From NCBI GenBank assembly GCA_964187785.1, contig OZ076409.1:35900001-35964000 (forward strand): a stretch of 64,000 nt of DNA, in the 5' to 3' direction. Origin of the DNA: Amphiscolops sp. MND2022. Its lineage: Eukaryota. The notes beneath the pieces are model-generated. The model worked only from the letters and a program-made list of their open reading frames with translations, did not search any database and had not been told where the DNA came from. A program made the translations under genes and the position numbers. Positions 1 to 11,870 of the stretch are shown in pieces (the stretch's first letter is position 1; each line of letters opens with the position of its first letter).

Positions 1-299
1 TTGTACGCAAAATAGTCACCGAATCTTTTCGGAACTGATCGGATACGAGTACTTTTCTCCCTTTGTGGCACTATTGGAGGCATTCTCTTGTTTTTTGGTT
101 TCGTAACTTTTGTTTGAGGCGTTTTTAATGGAAGCGATTCATTGTTAACTCCCTCTGCATAACTTTTCATTCTTGCTCCGGCATCAGATTCCTTTAAATC
201 GCTTGTGCTCGCAGTAGGCCCTTGTTCGCTTTCGGTACTTTTTTGCCTCTCATCTGGATTGGCTACTCGTTCTCTCTTTCCTAATTTACCTATCTGTTC

Positions 300-3200
300 A
301 ATCTCAACCTCTATTAAGTCGTAATCGATGATCCCAGATTCGTCTGTTTGTTGAGTTTCAGTGTGTTCCTGGGTTCCGCTCATTCTTGTGAAGATTCGCT
401 CCCGCGGTTTGTACTTTTTCATTCGATCGTAATGTACTTTGATTACTTTTCTGGTCTCTTCGTGGCACACACGGAAATTCAGATCGTTGATTATTTCGAG
501 AATTTTGTACGGTCCTCTGTAGAACGAAGTGAACTTCTTTGTTTGTCCCTTCTTTACTGTAGGGAAGAAAATAAGCACTTGTTCACCCACGTGGTAGACA
601 GGGCCATATGCCCGGTAATCATAATACGTTTTCTGTTGTGTTTGTTCTAATTCCATGTGCGATCTCACAAGATAGTGAGCTTTTTGAAGTTCTCTCTTTG
701 TGTTGTAAATAAAATCACTCGGAGTCGGGAATAATTCGGTATGACGTGTCTCGTACATACAATCAATCGGTAATCTCAATGGTGTTCCCATCACAAGATA
801 GTTTGGACTATGTTTAGTGACTGCATGAATTGACGAGCGATATGCCATCATGACCAGTTGCAAATAACAGGTCCAATCGCTCTGGTGATTATCGATGTAT
901 TTCGAAAAGCTTTCTTCAATTGTCCGGTTTGTTCTTTCAATCATCGCATTGCCTTCTGGATGAAAAGGAGTGGTGGATGTCCGTTCAATGCCCAAAACAC
1001 GACACAACTCTGTAAAGAGTTCCGACATAAAATTTGTTCCTTTATCACTATGTAAATTCACGGGACATCCGAATTTCGTGATCCAGTTATCGACTAATGC
1101 TTGTGCGACTGTTTTTGCTTCCTGATTTGCCATGGCAACGGTTTCGAACCATTTACTAAATTGATCACCAATCAACAAAATGTACTTTTGGCCATTGGAT
1201 TCTGGCAAAGGACCCATCACATCTAATGATACCTGCCAAAAAGGATGGCTCGGTTTCCACATTTTTAGACTGTGTCTGTGTTTCTGTGGGGTGCCTTTTC
1301 TCCTCAAGCATTTATCACAGCTTTGAACCCAGCTGTTCACGTCTCGTTTCATCCCAGGCCAAAAGAACCGTACTTGAGCTCTCTGATATGTCTTTTCGAT
1401 TCCGAAATGGCCTGTGCACGGAGACTTGTGCAGCAATGGTAGTCTTTTGGAAATTTGATTCTCCGCAACAATAAGCTGATGTGCCCAACGATCTCCGTCT
1501 TCTAATTTTTTTGTTCTGAAGAGAAGTCCTTGTATCAACGTGAGGTTCTTAAAGTCCACTCAAAACTTCCATAGTTCCCTAGAAGCTCCGTTCATGTTTT
1601 TTCGATCAGGTCTCTGCTTTTCTTCGATCCATTTAGGACTTTCTTTATGTTGTTATCTTCATGCTGTTTCATTTGCATACTATTACGATCTGTATTCTGG
1701 ATTAACATCCATGGGTTCGCAGGATGTTCCTCCATTGTCGTGTTTTCTCTCAGTGCTGCCACATAGACAGTTATCGGATCTTCCTCCTCCGGCAGTACTC
1801 GCGATAAACAATCTGCATGAGGGATGCTTCTACCCGCTTTATGTTTAATTTCGAAGTCAAATTGTCCAAGTTTTTCCAACCAACGTGCAACCATCCCTTC
1901 TGGATCTTTGAAACTGTAGAGCCATACCAAAGCTCTGTGATCAGTAACTATTGAAAATTTTCTACCTAAGAAATAGGTTTTGAAATGATTTGTAAAATGG
2001 ACAACGGCAAAGAGTTCCCTTTTAGTTGCTGAATAGTTTTTTTGGCTTTTATTCAGAGTTTTGCTGGCGTAAGAAATAACTCGATCAATTCCTTCTTGTT
2101 GCTGTGTTAGGACCGCCCCAATTTCCGTTAGTGAAGCATCCGTAGTTAGAGTTCTAATCTCGATTGTTCGGATACCCCAAAATAGGTGCCGACAACAATT
2201 TTCCTTTCAGCTCTTGCAAAGCCTGTTCGCATTTTTTCGTCCACGCGAATTTGTTTTCTTTCTTCAGAAGATTGTACAGAGGTTCTGAAGTCTTTCCGAA
2301 ACCCGGAATAAGTTTTCTATAGAAACCCACCAACCCAAGGACTGCTCTAACTTCTTTCAGACAAGTTGGTGATTTCATTTTCTCAACTGCCTTCACTTTT
2401 TCTTCATCCACCTCAACCCCATTTTCAGAGATGACATGTCCTAAGAAATGTATTCTCTTCTGGAGAAATTTACACTTTGATCCTTTGATTTTTAGTCCAC
2501 TTTTCTAAAATCTGCAACATACCAGTTCCAGTCTTTCCATATGTTCTCCGAAGTTTCTACCAAAAACGATTATGTCATCTAGATAGACCAGGGCAACGTC
2601 GTAGGATAGACCGCTGAACACCAGTTCCATGAGGTTCTGAAAAGCCCCTGGAGCTGATGCTACCCATTGGTAGTCGTTTCCATTTGTATAGACCCATCGG
2701 CGTAATGAAAGCAATGAGGTTTTGACTATCGTCTTTTAATGCCATTTGGAAATACCCGGATGTTAAATCAATGCTCGAAAAAAAAACATGTTTCCTTCTA
2801 GAGAGTCTATTACATCGCTTATTCGAGGTAAGGGCCAACACGTTTTTTCGATCTGTTTGTTTAAACCCCGGTAGTCAACAACCAATCGGAAAGACCCGTC
2901 CTTTTTCGGGACCAATATGCTTGGAGCCGCCCAATCGGATTGAGTTGGTGCAATTAGATCGGCTTCGGCTAATCCTTCAACGATTTTTTTCATTGCTTTC
3001 CGTTTATCAAAACTCGTGTTTCCGTAGGTTCTCCTAAAAGGTTTAGCGTCAGGTTTCAGTTTGATTTGGTGCTCAATCTGATTGTTGAAACCCAAATCAT
3101 TTGAGTGTCTCGAGAAAATTGTCTCGTACTTATTGCATAATGTTCTTACTTGGTGCAGCTGGTCCTTTGACAGATTTTTATTTTCTATATTAACATGTCT

Positions 3201-4010
3201 CTCGAAGCTGAAATCCTCGCGCTTCGTTTTCTCTTCTGTCTGTCGTTGTAATTTTAAAGATTGTTCATCCAACTCCAATGTTTCTAGTGTATCTACCCTA
3301 GTATCCCGATAAGTAACAATATCTTCATTGTGTATGTTCAATAGTCCTACCCAACACGTTCGGTTGTCATCGTTCACTAAGGCATGAGCAACCCATAATC
3401 CTGTCGCTTCTTGGAAGGTTTCGAGGGGGTTTACTATACCTTCTAACTTGGTAGCCTTCGAACCATCCTCGTATCTCAACTCACACTGCACTAGTGTCTC
3501 AGTTCGTGCAGGAATTGCTTGGTTCGACTTGGCTGCCAAAAATGTTGATCCCTCTTTACTAGCATTTGACTTTAGTTCCATGCTTCGGTTTATTTTTCCA
3601 CAGAATAGTTTCTGTTGTTTCGCGTACAGTACACAATCGTTTTGTACCATGAAATCTAATCCCAGTAGGCACGGGAAAAAATCCAATGCCGAGATTAAAA
3701 ATGTGGCCCGAAACTTGGGTGTAAACTTTTCGAGCATAACGATCATTTCAATTTTACCCTTTATCAGTAGAGGCGAGTTTTTTGCCGTGAGTATCTTCCC
3801 GTCATACTCTTCCGTTTTACCACTGAACGTTAATGTTTGCAAATATGACCAGCTGATCAGTGAGATGCTGCTACCACTGTCGACTAAAGCAGTTGTAAGC
3901 TTTCCTTGGAGCAAAAAGGTGGTGTATAAAGCGTGTGTTTTAAGTTGACTCCGTTCAGTCATTCCCAAATTGGCCAAAGTCGATCGAGGCAAATGTGTGG
4001 CCATTTCCAC
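300..4010 (-). pseudogene. pol: Gypsy pol (PR-RT-RH-IN), disrupted
   Basis: ORF pieces 2763-4010, 2575-2841, 2505-2714, 2154-2411 and 1592-1930, plus integrase motifs at about 400-1250. Multiple frameshifts; the 3' end coordinate is approximate. Confidence 0.9.
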
Positions 4011-4021
4011 ATCGGCCTGTT

Positions 4022-5023
4022 TTAGTTTAAAAAAGGACAGTCTTTTTTGAAATGCTGTGAGCTTCCGCAGTTATAGCAATTCCTACACTCTCTCACCCAA
4101 TGACCACGTTGACCGCATCTATGACAACTATCCCCTGCGATACCCGCTCGATCCGATTCTGAAACCCTCTCGCGAGACTGGGATCTGCTTTGTTCACTTT
4201 CCGACCTACCGGGCGTTTGTTGTCTGCCTTTATAACCTCCGCGTCCTCTGCTTCGTCCCCCTCGACTTCGATCTCCCCCGTTTCCGTTTCTATCACTATC
4301 TCTTGAACTACTTCTTCGGTATTGTTTCCTTTCCGGAAAACTGTTGCTGTTGTCATTTCGCGAATCTCGCGAGAGAGAGAGTTTTTCTATCAACTGATTC
4401 CCAGAATTAATCAATCTCTCATTGTTGTCGGGTTGAAGCACAGCGACTCTGCGTTCTTTTTCTTCTTCCTCAACTCTAGTGACGGCTTCAAGGTGCAGAG
4501 CCATTTCTAGTATGCGCTCTATGTTCATTTCAGCGTCTCCAATTGTCTTTCTGAGATCTAGTCTCACTTGACTATTACGGATTCCCTCAAGGAATCCCCT
4601 AACTACCAAGTGATCTCTTATCTCTTTTGATTCACCCGGGTAGACCTTCATCGCTAAACCCTGTAAGTCGCCTAGAAAATCGGTTAATTTCTCCCCCGGG
4701 CTTCTCCCTCCTCGCAAGCCGTCCCCGGAATACCACTGGTTTCTCAGTGTAATGAGGTCTGAAAGCTTTCTTCAACTCGTCATAACTTGCTTTTTGAGCG
4801 TCAGTTAAAGTTCGATAGAAATCAATCATTGGAGACGTAAGGCAAAATAATGCGGCCGATCATCAATTTGTACGTCATTTCCTTCACGAGTTTCTGTTCT
4901 AACCCAGTTCTGGAGGTTAGCTAACAGTTCGAAGTGAGTTATATAACTTTCGATGTCATTGGAGCCAGTGAACGGTTCCGGTAATAATATCTTGGAAGTA
5001 CCCGTAGCCATCGTAGCTATCAA
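4022..5023 (-). pseudogene. gag: Gypsy gag, frameshifted
   Basis: Three ORF pieces (4826-5023, 4632-4829, 4022-4717) with LPEPFTG...YITHFELLA, and knuckles CHRCGQRGHWVREC and CYNCGSSQHFKKDC. Confidence 0.9.
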
Positions 5024-5228
5024 CCCGACCTTGCTCTTCTTTCTTTTATGTGTACTGAATCTAATTAAGGAAAAGTCACGCTAGACAACTTTTAAGATTT
5101 TATTTTTAAGCACTAGCTCTTTGATAGTGACCCACTAGCAAAAGCTTGTTGTTTTTCAAAATCAGTGAACTCCACTGATTTGTTTTAAAGACTATTTATT
5201 TCTTAGTTTCTTTTGTTTTCAATTTTTG

Positions 5229-5246
5229 ATCCCACCCTTGTCACCA
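5229..5246 (-). promoter_or_regulatory. Primer binding site, probably tRNA-Leu
   Basis: TGGTGACAAGGGTGGGAT directly after the LTR end, complementary to a tRNA 3' end of the ...ATCCCACxxxTGxCACCA (Leu) type. Confidence 0.75.
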
Positions 5247-5247
5247 C

Positions 5248-5661
5248 TGTAACGTTCCGAGGTGAACGTTTTGTTGGCTTTGAAGGATTTTCGGACCAGT
5301 TGAGTTGACTGGAATGCTTTTTGGAGAAAGTTTTATATTGAAAATTAAATTAGAAGATATGTTGAGGTTGAAATTGATAGATAGAAAAATGTGTATTTAG
5401 CGCGAAAGATGGTTGAAAGAAAGTTGGAAGATTCGACGCAGAAAAGCTCAAAAGCAAAATGTCTAACTTCTCACGCTTCTTTAAATACCCCTTATCAGAC
5501 AATCTTTTGGTGAGTCCCACCATTATCGGAGTTATTTTATTACATTATACACAGACCTGTCGAAACCCGTTGGCTACATTATCAACGTTTACTGTCGAAC
5601 CCCGACCGTACAAGGTGACTAAGTTGTCGAGCCCGTCAACTTCAATTTACGATGTGTCACA
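5248..5661 (-). repeat. 5' LTR of the Gypsy element (~414 bp)
   Basis: Minus strand reads TGTGAC...GTTACA (TG..CA ends), followed after 1 nt by the PBS. The outer boundary is inferred from the terminal motif only, as the second LTR is not in the window. Confidence 0.7.
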
Positions 5662-5945
5662 TAAATATTATTTTATTGCCAGCCATATTTTAGGCTATAA
5701 AATCTCTCCATTTTTTTCTTTCATTTAATTCTTTCTTTATTTTGATTTTCAAAAATATCATATAGGTTTCCTATAGTCTTATCGTTTTTCTTCAGTTCCA
5801 GAATTCTACAAACTGGTATTCTACAAACTGTACTTAACCAGTTTGTAGAAAACCAAAAACAAAAGATAGTACAGGACGTTTCGGCATGAAAAATTTGCCG
5901 AAACGTCTCGAGTTTTATTTTTGCCGAAACGTGCTGTTCCCTTGG

Positions 5946-6560
5946 CACGTATGCGCAACAGATGTTGGCTCCGAGACGCAAACCAATTGAAATCCGAAGC
6001 TGCTGATCATCAAGTCTCAGGCCTGGGTTCTTGCAAGGGGGTGGCTGTAAACAGGTCGAATTTTTCTGGTCGAAAGGACAGAGGTCGAACCTTTTGATCG
6101 AATTGCTGGGATCGAATGGAATGCGGTCGAATTTTATCGTATTTGTTGTATGGCTCGGTCGCTTCGCTCCCTTCGCCAAGTAGCAACATTGAGGCATGGC
6201 CATAATGGCACGTCGCTCCGCTTCGCTTCGCTCCTGCATTTAGGGCACTAGGGGTATGTGAACATATCTGACTACGTTTTAAAAATTTCGATCCGAGTTG
6301 TTTCAATCCCATTCAAAAAATTTGGTATGTCGACCTGAGGACTAACTCTGATTTTCGATCCCGTTCCTTCGACCTATTTCCGCCCACCCCTTGCAAGGAA
6401 CGACGTTCAGCCATTGAGACCCGATTTGGCTTGATGAGCGTTTAAAATTTTGGAACGTTTGTCATCCATACTAGAAATTAAATCTTGGACGGTTTTGACG
6501 TAGACAGGGTGTGTCCAATTGTTCTGAGTTCCATCGAGAGGTCTCTCCTGTTCATTCGCC
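5946..6560 (-). mobile_element. Fragment of a CRE-like (restriction-like endonuclease type) non-LTR retrotransposon, interrupted by a MITE
   Basis: With the insertion removed the minus strand reads ...NWTHPVYVKTVQDLISSMDDKRSKILNAHQ..SQWLNVVPCKNPGLRLDDQQLRISIGLRLGANIC..AHTC. This matches the 'WL..vP....G..L....R..i.LRLG' post-RT motif of CRE-type elements. Confidence 0.65.
6039..6389. mobile_element. Mutator-like MITE
   Basis: 22-bp imperfect TIRs (GGGTGGCTGTAAACAGGTCGAA / TTCGACCTATTTCCGCCCACCC) and a 9-bp TSD CTTGCAAGG at 6030-6038 and 6390-6398. Confidence 0.8.
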
Positions 6561-7028
6561 AAAACTATAAGTACTTATTTTACTCAAGTTACAAACTCAA
6601 CATTCGCCCGCAAATAGGGGCTTAATTTAGAGGTATATATATAGGTTTCAATATACAGACATCGCGGGAAATTCTTCAAGATGTTGCGGCAAACAGGAAA
6701 TTTTTATGCGTTTTTAGATCCTATTAAATTTCGAAAGTTTATTTTTGGCGTCAGATCTCATTAAGGACTCCCTATAGTGGAGTTGCGAATTTTGTCAAGT
6801 TCCGTCTGTCTACTGGAGTAGTGCCTGCCTTGAGTAATAAGCCTATTGTATTTTCCCTGATTGTTTCCCCACGTTTGCAGACCACGGGATCTATGCCATC
6901 TCAGTGTGGAAAATAAACATTTGGAAATACTGGCGAAATAATGCCATCTTTTGTGGAAGACATAGCATTAAATGGAAAAGCGTTTTTCTAAATGGGTATT
7001 CATTTCATCATGGTTTTCAGTTTCGGAG

Positions 7029-7859
7029 ATGGGGAAATCGTATGAAAATTATATGTCCAAAAAGGATTTCCATCCTACTAATTTGGACAATTTAAAGAGA
7101 AAATGGATGGCAGAACAGAGACACGACGAAGCGAAGAGGAAAGAAGATGAAATGCGAAAGCAATACGAAAAGGAACAAGAAATTTATAACAACAAAGTGT
7201 TGATGGGAAATGAAAAGGCAAAACTTGGCCTCAACTTCATGTATGAACCACCACCTGGTGCTAAAAAAGAAGAGAAAGAAGTCGAAAAAGAGCAAGAGTT
7301 TAAATTCGAATGGCAGAAAGTAGCTCCTCGTGAAAGCTACGTCAAAAATTCAGACTGGGTCCAAGATCAGCCTTTTGGAATCTGCGTCAGGAATGTGAAA
7401 TGTATGAAGTGCAAACAATGGGGTCATATCAACACTGATCGTGAGTGCCCTATGTTCAATAAAAGTCTGGAGTTAACACCAGAAGCAGCTAAAGGTCTCG
7501 ATTCGACGCAGTTACAGACTTTGATGGCCGAGGATGGTTACAAACTGAAGAAATCGGTGACTGGTATGGGACCTGATAGAAACTTCGTGATCGAAGATAA
7601 GAAGTCAGAGCAACAAGAAATGAAGCACCTACTTGCGCAACTGTCTAACAAACAGAAACTTAAATTGTTGAAGAAGTTAGGTCTCGGCGATGGTGCGTCC
7701 AAAAAGGAGAAAAAGTCCAAGAAAGAAAAGAAGCACAAAAAGCAAAAAAGTTCACACAAATCCAAAGACCGGTCCAGGAATCGCTCAAGCAGTGTTTCGC
7801 CTGATAGAAACAACTCGCGTGATAGAAAACGCAAACGGCACGATTCTGATTCAGACTGA
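7029..7859 (+). CDS. CIR1: Corepressor interacting with RBPJ 1 (CIR1) homolog, single coding exon
   Basis: MGKSYENYMSKKDFHP...WMAEQ, GLNFMYEPPPG, FKFEWQK.APRE, DQPFGICVRNVKCMKCKQWGHINTDRECP and a Lys/Ser/Arg-rich tail. Start taken at the internal ATG 7029, just after the TTTTCAG acceptor ending at 7020. Confidence 0.95.
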   Translation: MGKSYENYMSKKDFHPTNLDNLKRKWMAEQRHDEAKRKEDEMRKQYEKEQEIYNNKVLMGNEKAKLGLNFMYEPPPGAKKEEKEVEKEQEFKFEWQKVAPRESYVKNSDWVQDQPFGICVRNVKCMKCKQWGHINTDRECPMFNKSLELTPEAAKGLDSTQLQTLMAEDGYKLKKSVTGMGPDRNFVIEDKKSEQQEMKHLLAQLSNKQKLKLLKKLGLGDGASKKEKKSKKEKKHKKQKSSHKSKDRSRNRSSSVSPDRNNSRDRKRKRHDSDSD

Positions 7860-8266
7860 AAGTTTTTCATTTCATGAACTTTTGTGTTGGTAGTTTTTTC
7901 ATAATAGAATTCGCTTGTCTACTTCAATATTCTAAATACAGTTATCACGAGACTTATCTTTTTCAGCTAAACTGTTCACTTGTGAGTCATGACAATGATT
8001 TTCGCCAATAACAGGGTTGTTACTCGCGCTAGTGTCAAATGAAGTACTGGAAACAATTTTTCAGTCTTTAGGACCAAATGCATGGAGCGGGACGAAGCAG
8101 CCGATTTGACAGATCAAAGGCAAACATTGACCAAGATAATTCAAAACATACAGCATAATGATAAAAGAAAATGGCACAAAGAGCATTTTGTTATTTTCTA
8201 ATTTCGGATACCCTGTTTTCGGTTTTTCGTCTCAGTTTGCACTGACTAAAAACACCATTTTAATCT

Positions 8267-8700
8267 AACAAGACAAGAACGTGTCAAGTCGGCGCCCCAC
8301 TTAGGGCTCGAAAAGCACAAATTTTTTTGAATATGCTAATGGCGTTTTTATGAAAAATCACATATATTAGATAGTCGAAATCTACCCCAAGGAGGTAGTC
8401 TTTCGTGCTCGTTACTCTGAAAACAAACTACGAAAATGGAGACAATTTTTTATTCTGAAAAAGTTGCACTGCCGAAAAACATGAAAACAAATCGAAAAAA
8501 CCATTTGGTGTGATATATGAAAAAATTCGAAAATCGCACAGCGCCGAAAAAGTTTGAAGCGCGAAAATCCAACCCGCGACCTCCAGCTTGCGAAGCAGGC
8601 ATCCTAACCACTAGACCAAGTGGTCGGGCTTTTCCGCGAAAGTCCGTTCGAGAAGTGGACCATTCAATGTAAGCTATGTGGTCTAGTGAAAAATAACTAC
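8267..8700 (-). mobile_element. HINE/DINE-1-like element (partial) with tRNA-like cassette
   Basis: Family 3' terminus in reverse orientation (AACAAGACAAGAACGTGTCAAGTCGGCGC) and a tRNA-like segment at 8560-8625. Far boundary approximate. Confidence 0.6.
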
Positions 8701-8955
8701 TCAACGTAAAAGTTGAGCGTGTTTTTTATCAAATGTGCTCATTTTCAGATCATTGTTGGTCGGCATATTCCGTTTCATAATGTTTCCGATTATTTAAAAG
8801 ACAAGTTTTTTCTGCACTCTTCTCGCTGAATGATCCACTTTTTACAGACTTTCAAATGAAAAATGTACATAAAAGTATGATTAGGTTCATTTAAAGGTAT
8901 TTACAGTGGAAGAGCTTGATAAACTAGCCTTCGTTAAGAGATTCTGAGACTGATG

Positions 8956-9534
8956 TTTTTTAGTCGGCGCTGCTTTTCTAGTGAAAAGAGCCCGACTATT
9001 ACAGTGGCTAGTTTTTTTCTTTTTTTTTTCGAGACCACAGACCTCATCGTGTATGTACCACTTTTTACAGAAACTACTCAGGCTGAGTCCGGCCAATGCA
9101 AACTTAGTGCAAAGGGTCCCTTTCATTTTACCTTTTTTACGTAACCTACAAAAGCGGACGAGACCAAAGGGTCCCCCCTTTCAATTTTTTTTCGGCACTG
9201 TCCGAATTCTTTTTCGAAATTTTTTTAATGTCTCAAAAGAGTCCCCTCTTCGAGTTTTTTGACAATTTCCAACAGAATGTATGTTAATGAATCCCGAAGG
9301 GTCCCCCTTTTCATTTTTCGGCACTATGCGACATTTTTCGAAAGAAAATAGTACGAAGTCTTTTTCAAAAAAGTTTTTTTTGTTCCCAGTCTCATCGAGC
9401 ATGAAAGGCACACTTTAGGTGTCTCGAAACTGTTTTCAACGCTTTTTCACGAATACGTCCTGGGCATATTTAAAAAACTTTGCGCTTTCTGAGCCTTAGA
9501 TATAGCGCCGATTTTAGACGTTCCCGTCTTGTTT
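8956..9534 (+). mobile_element. Helentron-associated non-autonomous element (HINE/DINE-1-like)
   Basis: 5' TTTTTAGTCGGCGC...CCCGACTA foldback; 3' subterminal inverted repeat GCGCCGA followed by the hairpin AGACGttccCGTCT and TGTTT. T-rich flanks, no TSD. Confidence 0.75.
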
Positions 9535-10698
9535 GTTTGAAACATTATTGATTTGGTTACAACAACATTGTAATACAAGAACGTTTTTGTAACCCTGAGT
9601 GTAATGAGATGATTTCAAAACGCAACAAAAAGGCGAAGAAAAAACAGCTTCAGTTTAATAACGTTCCCAAATGAAAGCAGTGAAGGTTACTTATCATTTT
9701 CATTTTCAATCTTCGTCACCTCAATTAGTCAGTTGTGTCTCATTTCCAAATGGACTGGTTGTCGGTTATCAAATTAAATACTTTGTCCCGGTTCCTTCAA
9801 AATCTGTTGAAATTTAATGACTAGACGAATGAGTAATTTCCTTCTAATCAAGTAACCACAATAGTTCATCCGTGTGCTTCGCGTGAAATTTACTGGGCTA
9901 AGTAAAAATTTACAAACACTTGAATTTTTTGATATATCGGTCAATTGTTTTCGACGTATTACCTTTAGGAATTTCTAAAAAGCTGCCTTTTGTTGGAATA
10001 TTTATATCTTTATTGGAGATTTTTGTAAATTACCAAAATATCCCTGATCCCACAGTGATTATTTTTTGTTCTCCAGAGTCGCTTTTGAAAGTGTATGCTC
10101 AATGCACTTATTGGTCAACATTTCGCAATTCCTTATGCTGTTAAACCAACAGTGTTGTGTTGGGATCCTTACATGCCTTCATAGACCATCGATTTATTTC
10201 ACAATTTTTGTGTCCAACTGATTCAAAAGCAGAGGTTTGAATAACTCCATTGTAAAGTGGTAGAATAATTGGTTAGGACTTTTCAGCATGTAATACCATT
10301 TGCAACCATTAATTGAAACCTAATTATCGCATACAAACACATGTGTAGAAATTCTGCGCGTGATCCATTTTTCAAAGAGTTTCCTCTGAAACTTCAGGTT
10401 TTATTTCAAACTAATAATATCTAGAAATATTGTATTCGATTGTAATGACACGAATGAGTTTATCGACCGTACTAATTGCGCCCCTGAGAACCAGTTTCAA
10501 CATTGAACAAAACTTTCAACTTGAACAATCAAATTAGTTGGAAAAAGATTTCCGATAGGTCTTTTCAGCGCAGGACGCTGAAAATTAGCAAAACTTCATT
10601 CGAAATTCCCGAACCTTTCAGATAAGATTAAATTTTCTAAATAAACATTCAAAATTCCCAAATCACATTTAATTTTAGCAATCCCCAGCGGACCACTA

Positions 10699-11456
10699 CA
10701 GTAGCGTTCTAAAATATCGCAACCTCATAGCATAAAATGGCAAAATTCAAAACCAAATATCTCATAAACAGTCACGAACAAAAAATTTTGCCAGCTAGGA
10801 AAGTTTCTTAGAATTTTATCTAGTTTACAAAAATGTTTGTTTGAAATTTCTACGACCGTTACCAAAAAAGTTAGAAATTGCAAATTTTAGTAAATTTTAA
10901 TTGAAATTTGAGTTTTTTCGAAAATTGAGTAACTTAGAATAAATTTTTTTGGATTTTTTTTCATTGGGAAACTTCCTATAATCTCCCGAACCTACCGAAT
11001 TGTTTTGATCGAGAATTTTTTTCGAATCAGAAAAAATACACTATATTTTGTGTCTATGAGCACTGAAGTACATGTATTAAGATAGGCTATAAGAATTGTA
11101 TTTAGAAAATTGATGATTTTTATTTGAAATCGAAAAAGTTTTCCGATCAAATTATATCAGCATCCTCAGGAGATTTGGGGGCAAATGAGTGACTGAAAAT
11201 TTTTCAAAAATATATTTTCAACTTTGTCAAAATCTAGAAAAAGTACAAATTTGATTAAATTTTGTCAATATTTCCAATTTCTAACTATTGTAATTTTTGT
11301 CGCAGAAATTTCAAACAAACATTTTTGTAAACTAGATAAAATTCTGAGAAACTTTCCTAGCTGACACTTTTTCGTATTTGTGACAGTTTTCAAGAAAGTT
11401 GGACTTGAAGTTTGCAATTTTAAGCATTGGAGTTGCGATATTTTAGAACGCTACTG
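10699..11456. mobile_element. Tc1/mariner-type MITE
   Basis: Perfect TIR CAGTAGCGTTCTAAAATATCGCAAC / GTTGCGATATTTTAGAACGCTACTG with TA on both sides, plus long subterminal inverted repeats (~10795-10860 vs ~11298-11365). Confidence 0.9.
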
Positions 11457-11870
11457 TACTCGCATGTCGCTGGTAATTAAGGTTGAAAGCATTTTATTCT
11501 TTGCGAAGCAGCATTTTTATTCTTTTAACCTCTCCAGTAGCATAATAGCGTTTGCTAATTTTGATTGTCTAATTTTTGGAATTAGCCAATTGGAATCAAG
11601 ATTGATAAAGCAGACTGATTTTGGAAAACAAATTTGAATGTATTTTTGCAAATTTTCTACGTCCTACACTATCTACTACATAGAGTTTTATTTACACAAC
11701 TCTTTGTTGGCTTATGTAAGTTGTGTGGGATTAATTTGAATCAGCCATTCATGTGCACTAATTCTAAGGTAAATTTCAAGGATCTTTTACGGATTCTTTT
11801 TTAAATTGTGGTTATTGAACCTTCATCTTTTCTACGTGTATCGTAGATATTTGGGTCTTCGTTTGATTTG

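Larger units (their letters stand above)
1..5661 (-). mobile_element. Ty3/Gypsy LTR retrotransposon, decayed (frameshifts and stops); 3' end lies outside the window
   Basis: Minus-strand order is LTR, PBS, gag (two CCHC knuckles), protease (LVDSGS), RT (YLDD), RNase H (TDAS...NYSATKRE...TDH), integrase (LDVMGPLP...GDQFSKW, GPY/F tail). RT-RH-IN order is Ty3/Gypsy. Confidence 0.95.

Noticed and set aside
348..4510. Plus-strand ORFs over the Gypsy element (e.g. 3448-3948, 4057-4410)
   Set aside because: Antisense shadows of gag/pol with no independent motifs.
6972..7028. 19-codon N-terminal extension of CIR1 from ATG 6972
   Set aside because: Homology starts at MGKS (7029), and a splice acceptor ends at 7020.
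8560..8625. Functional tRNA-Ala(CGC) gene
   Set aside because: Degenerate T-loop (GGTTGGATT) and poor acceptor stem; embedded in a repeat, so treated as tRNA-derived.
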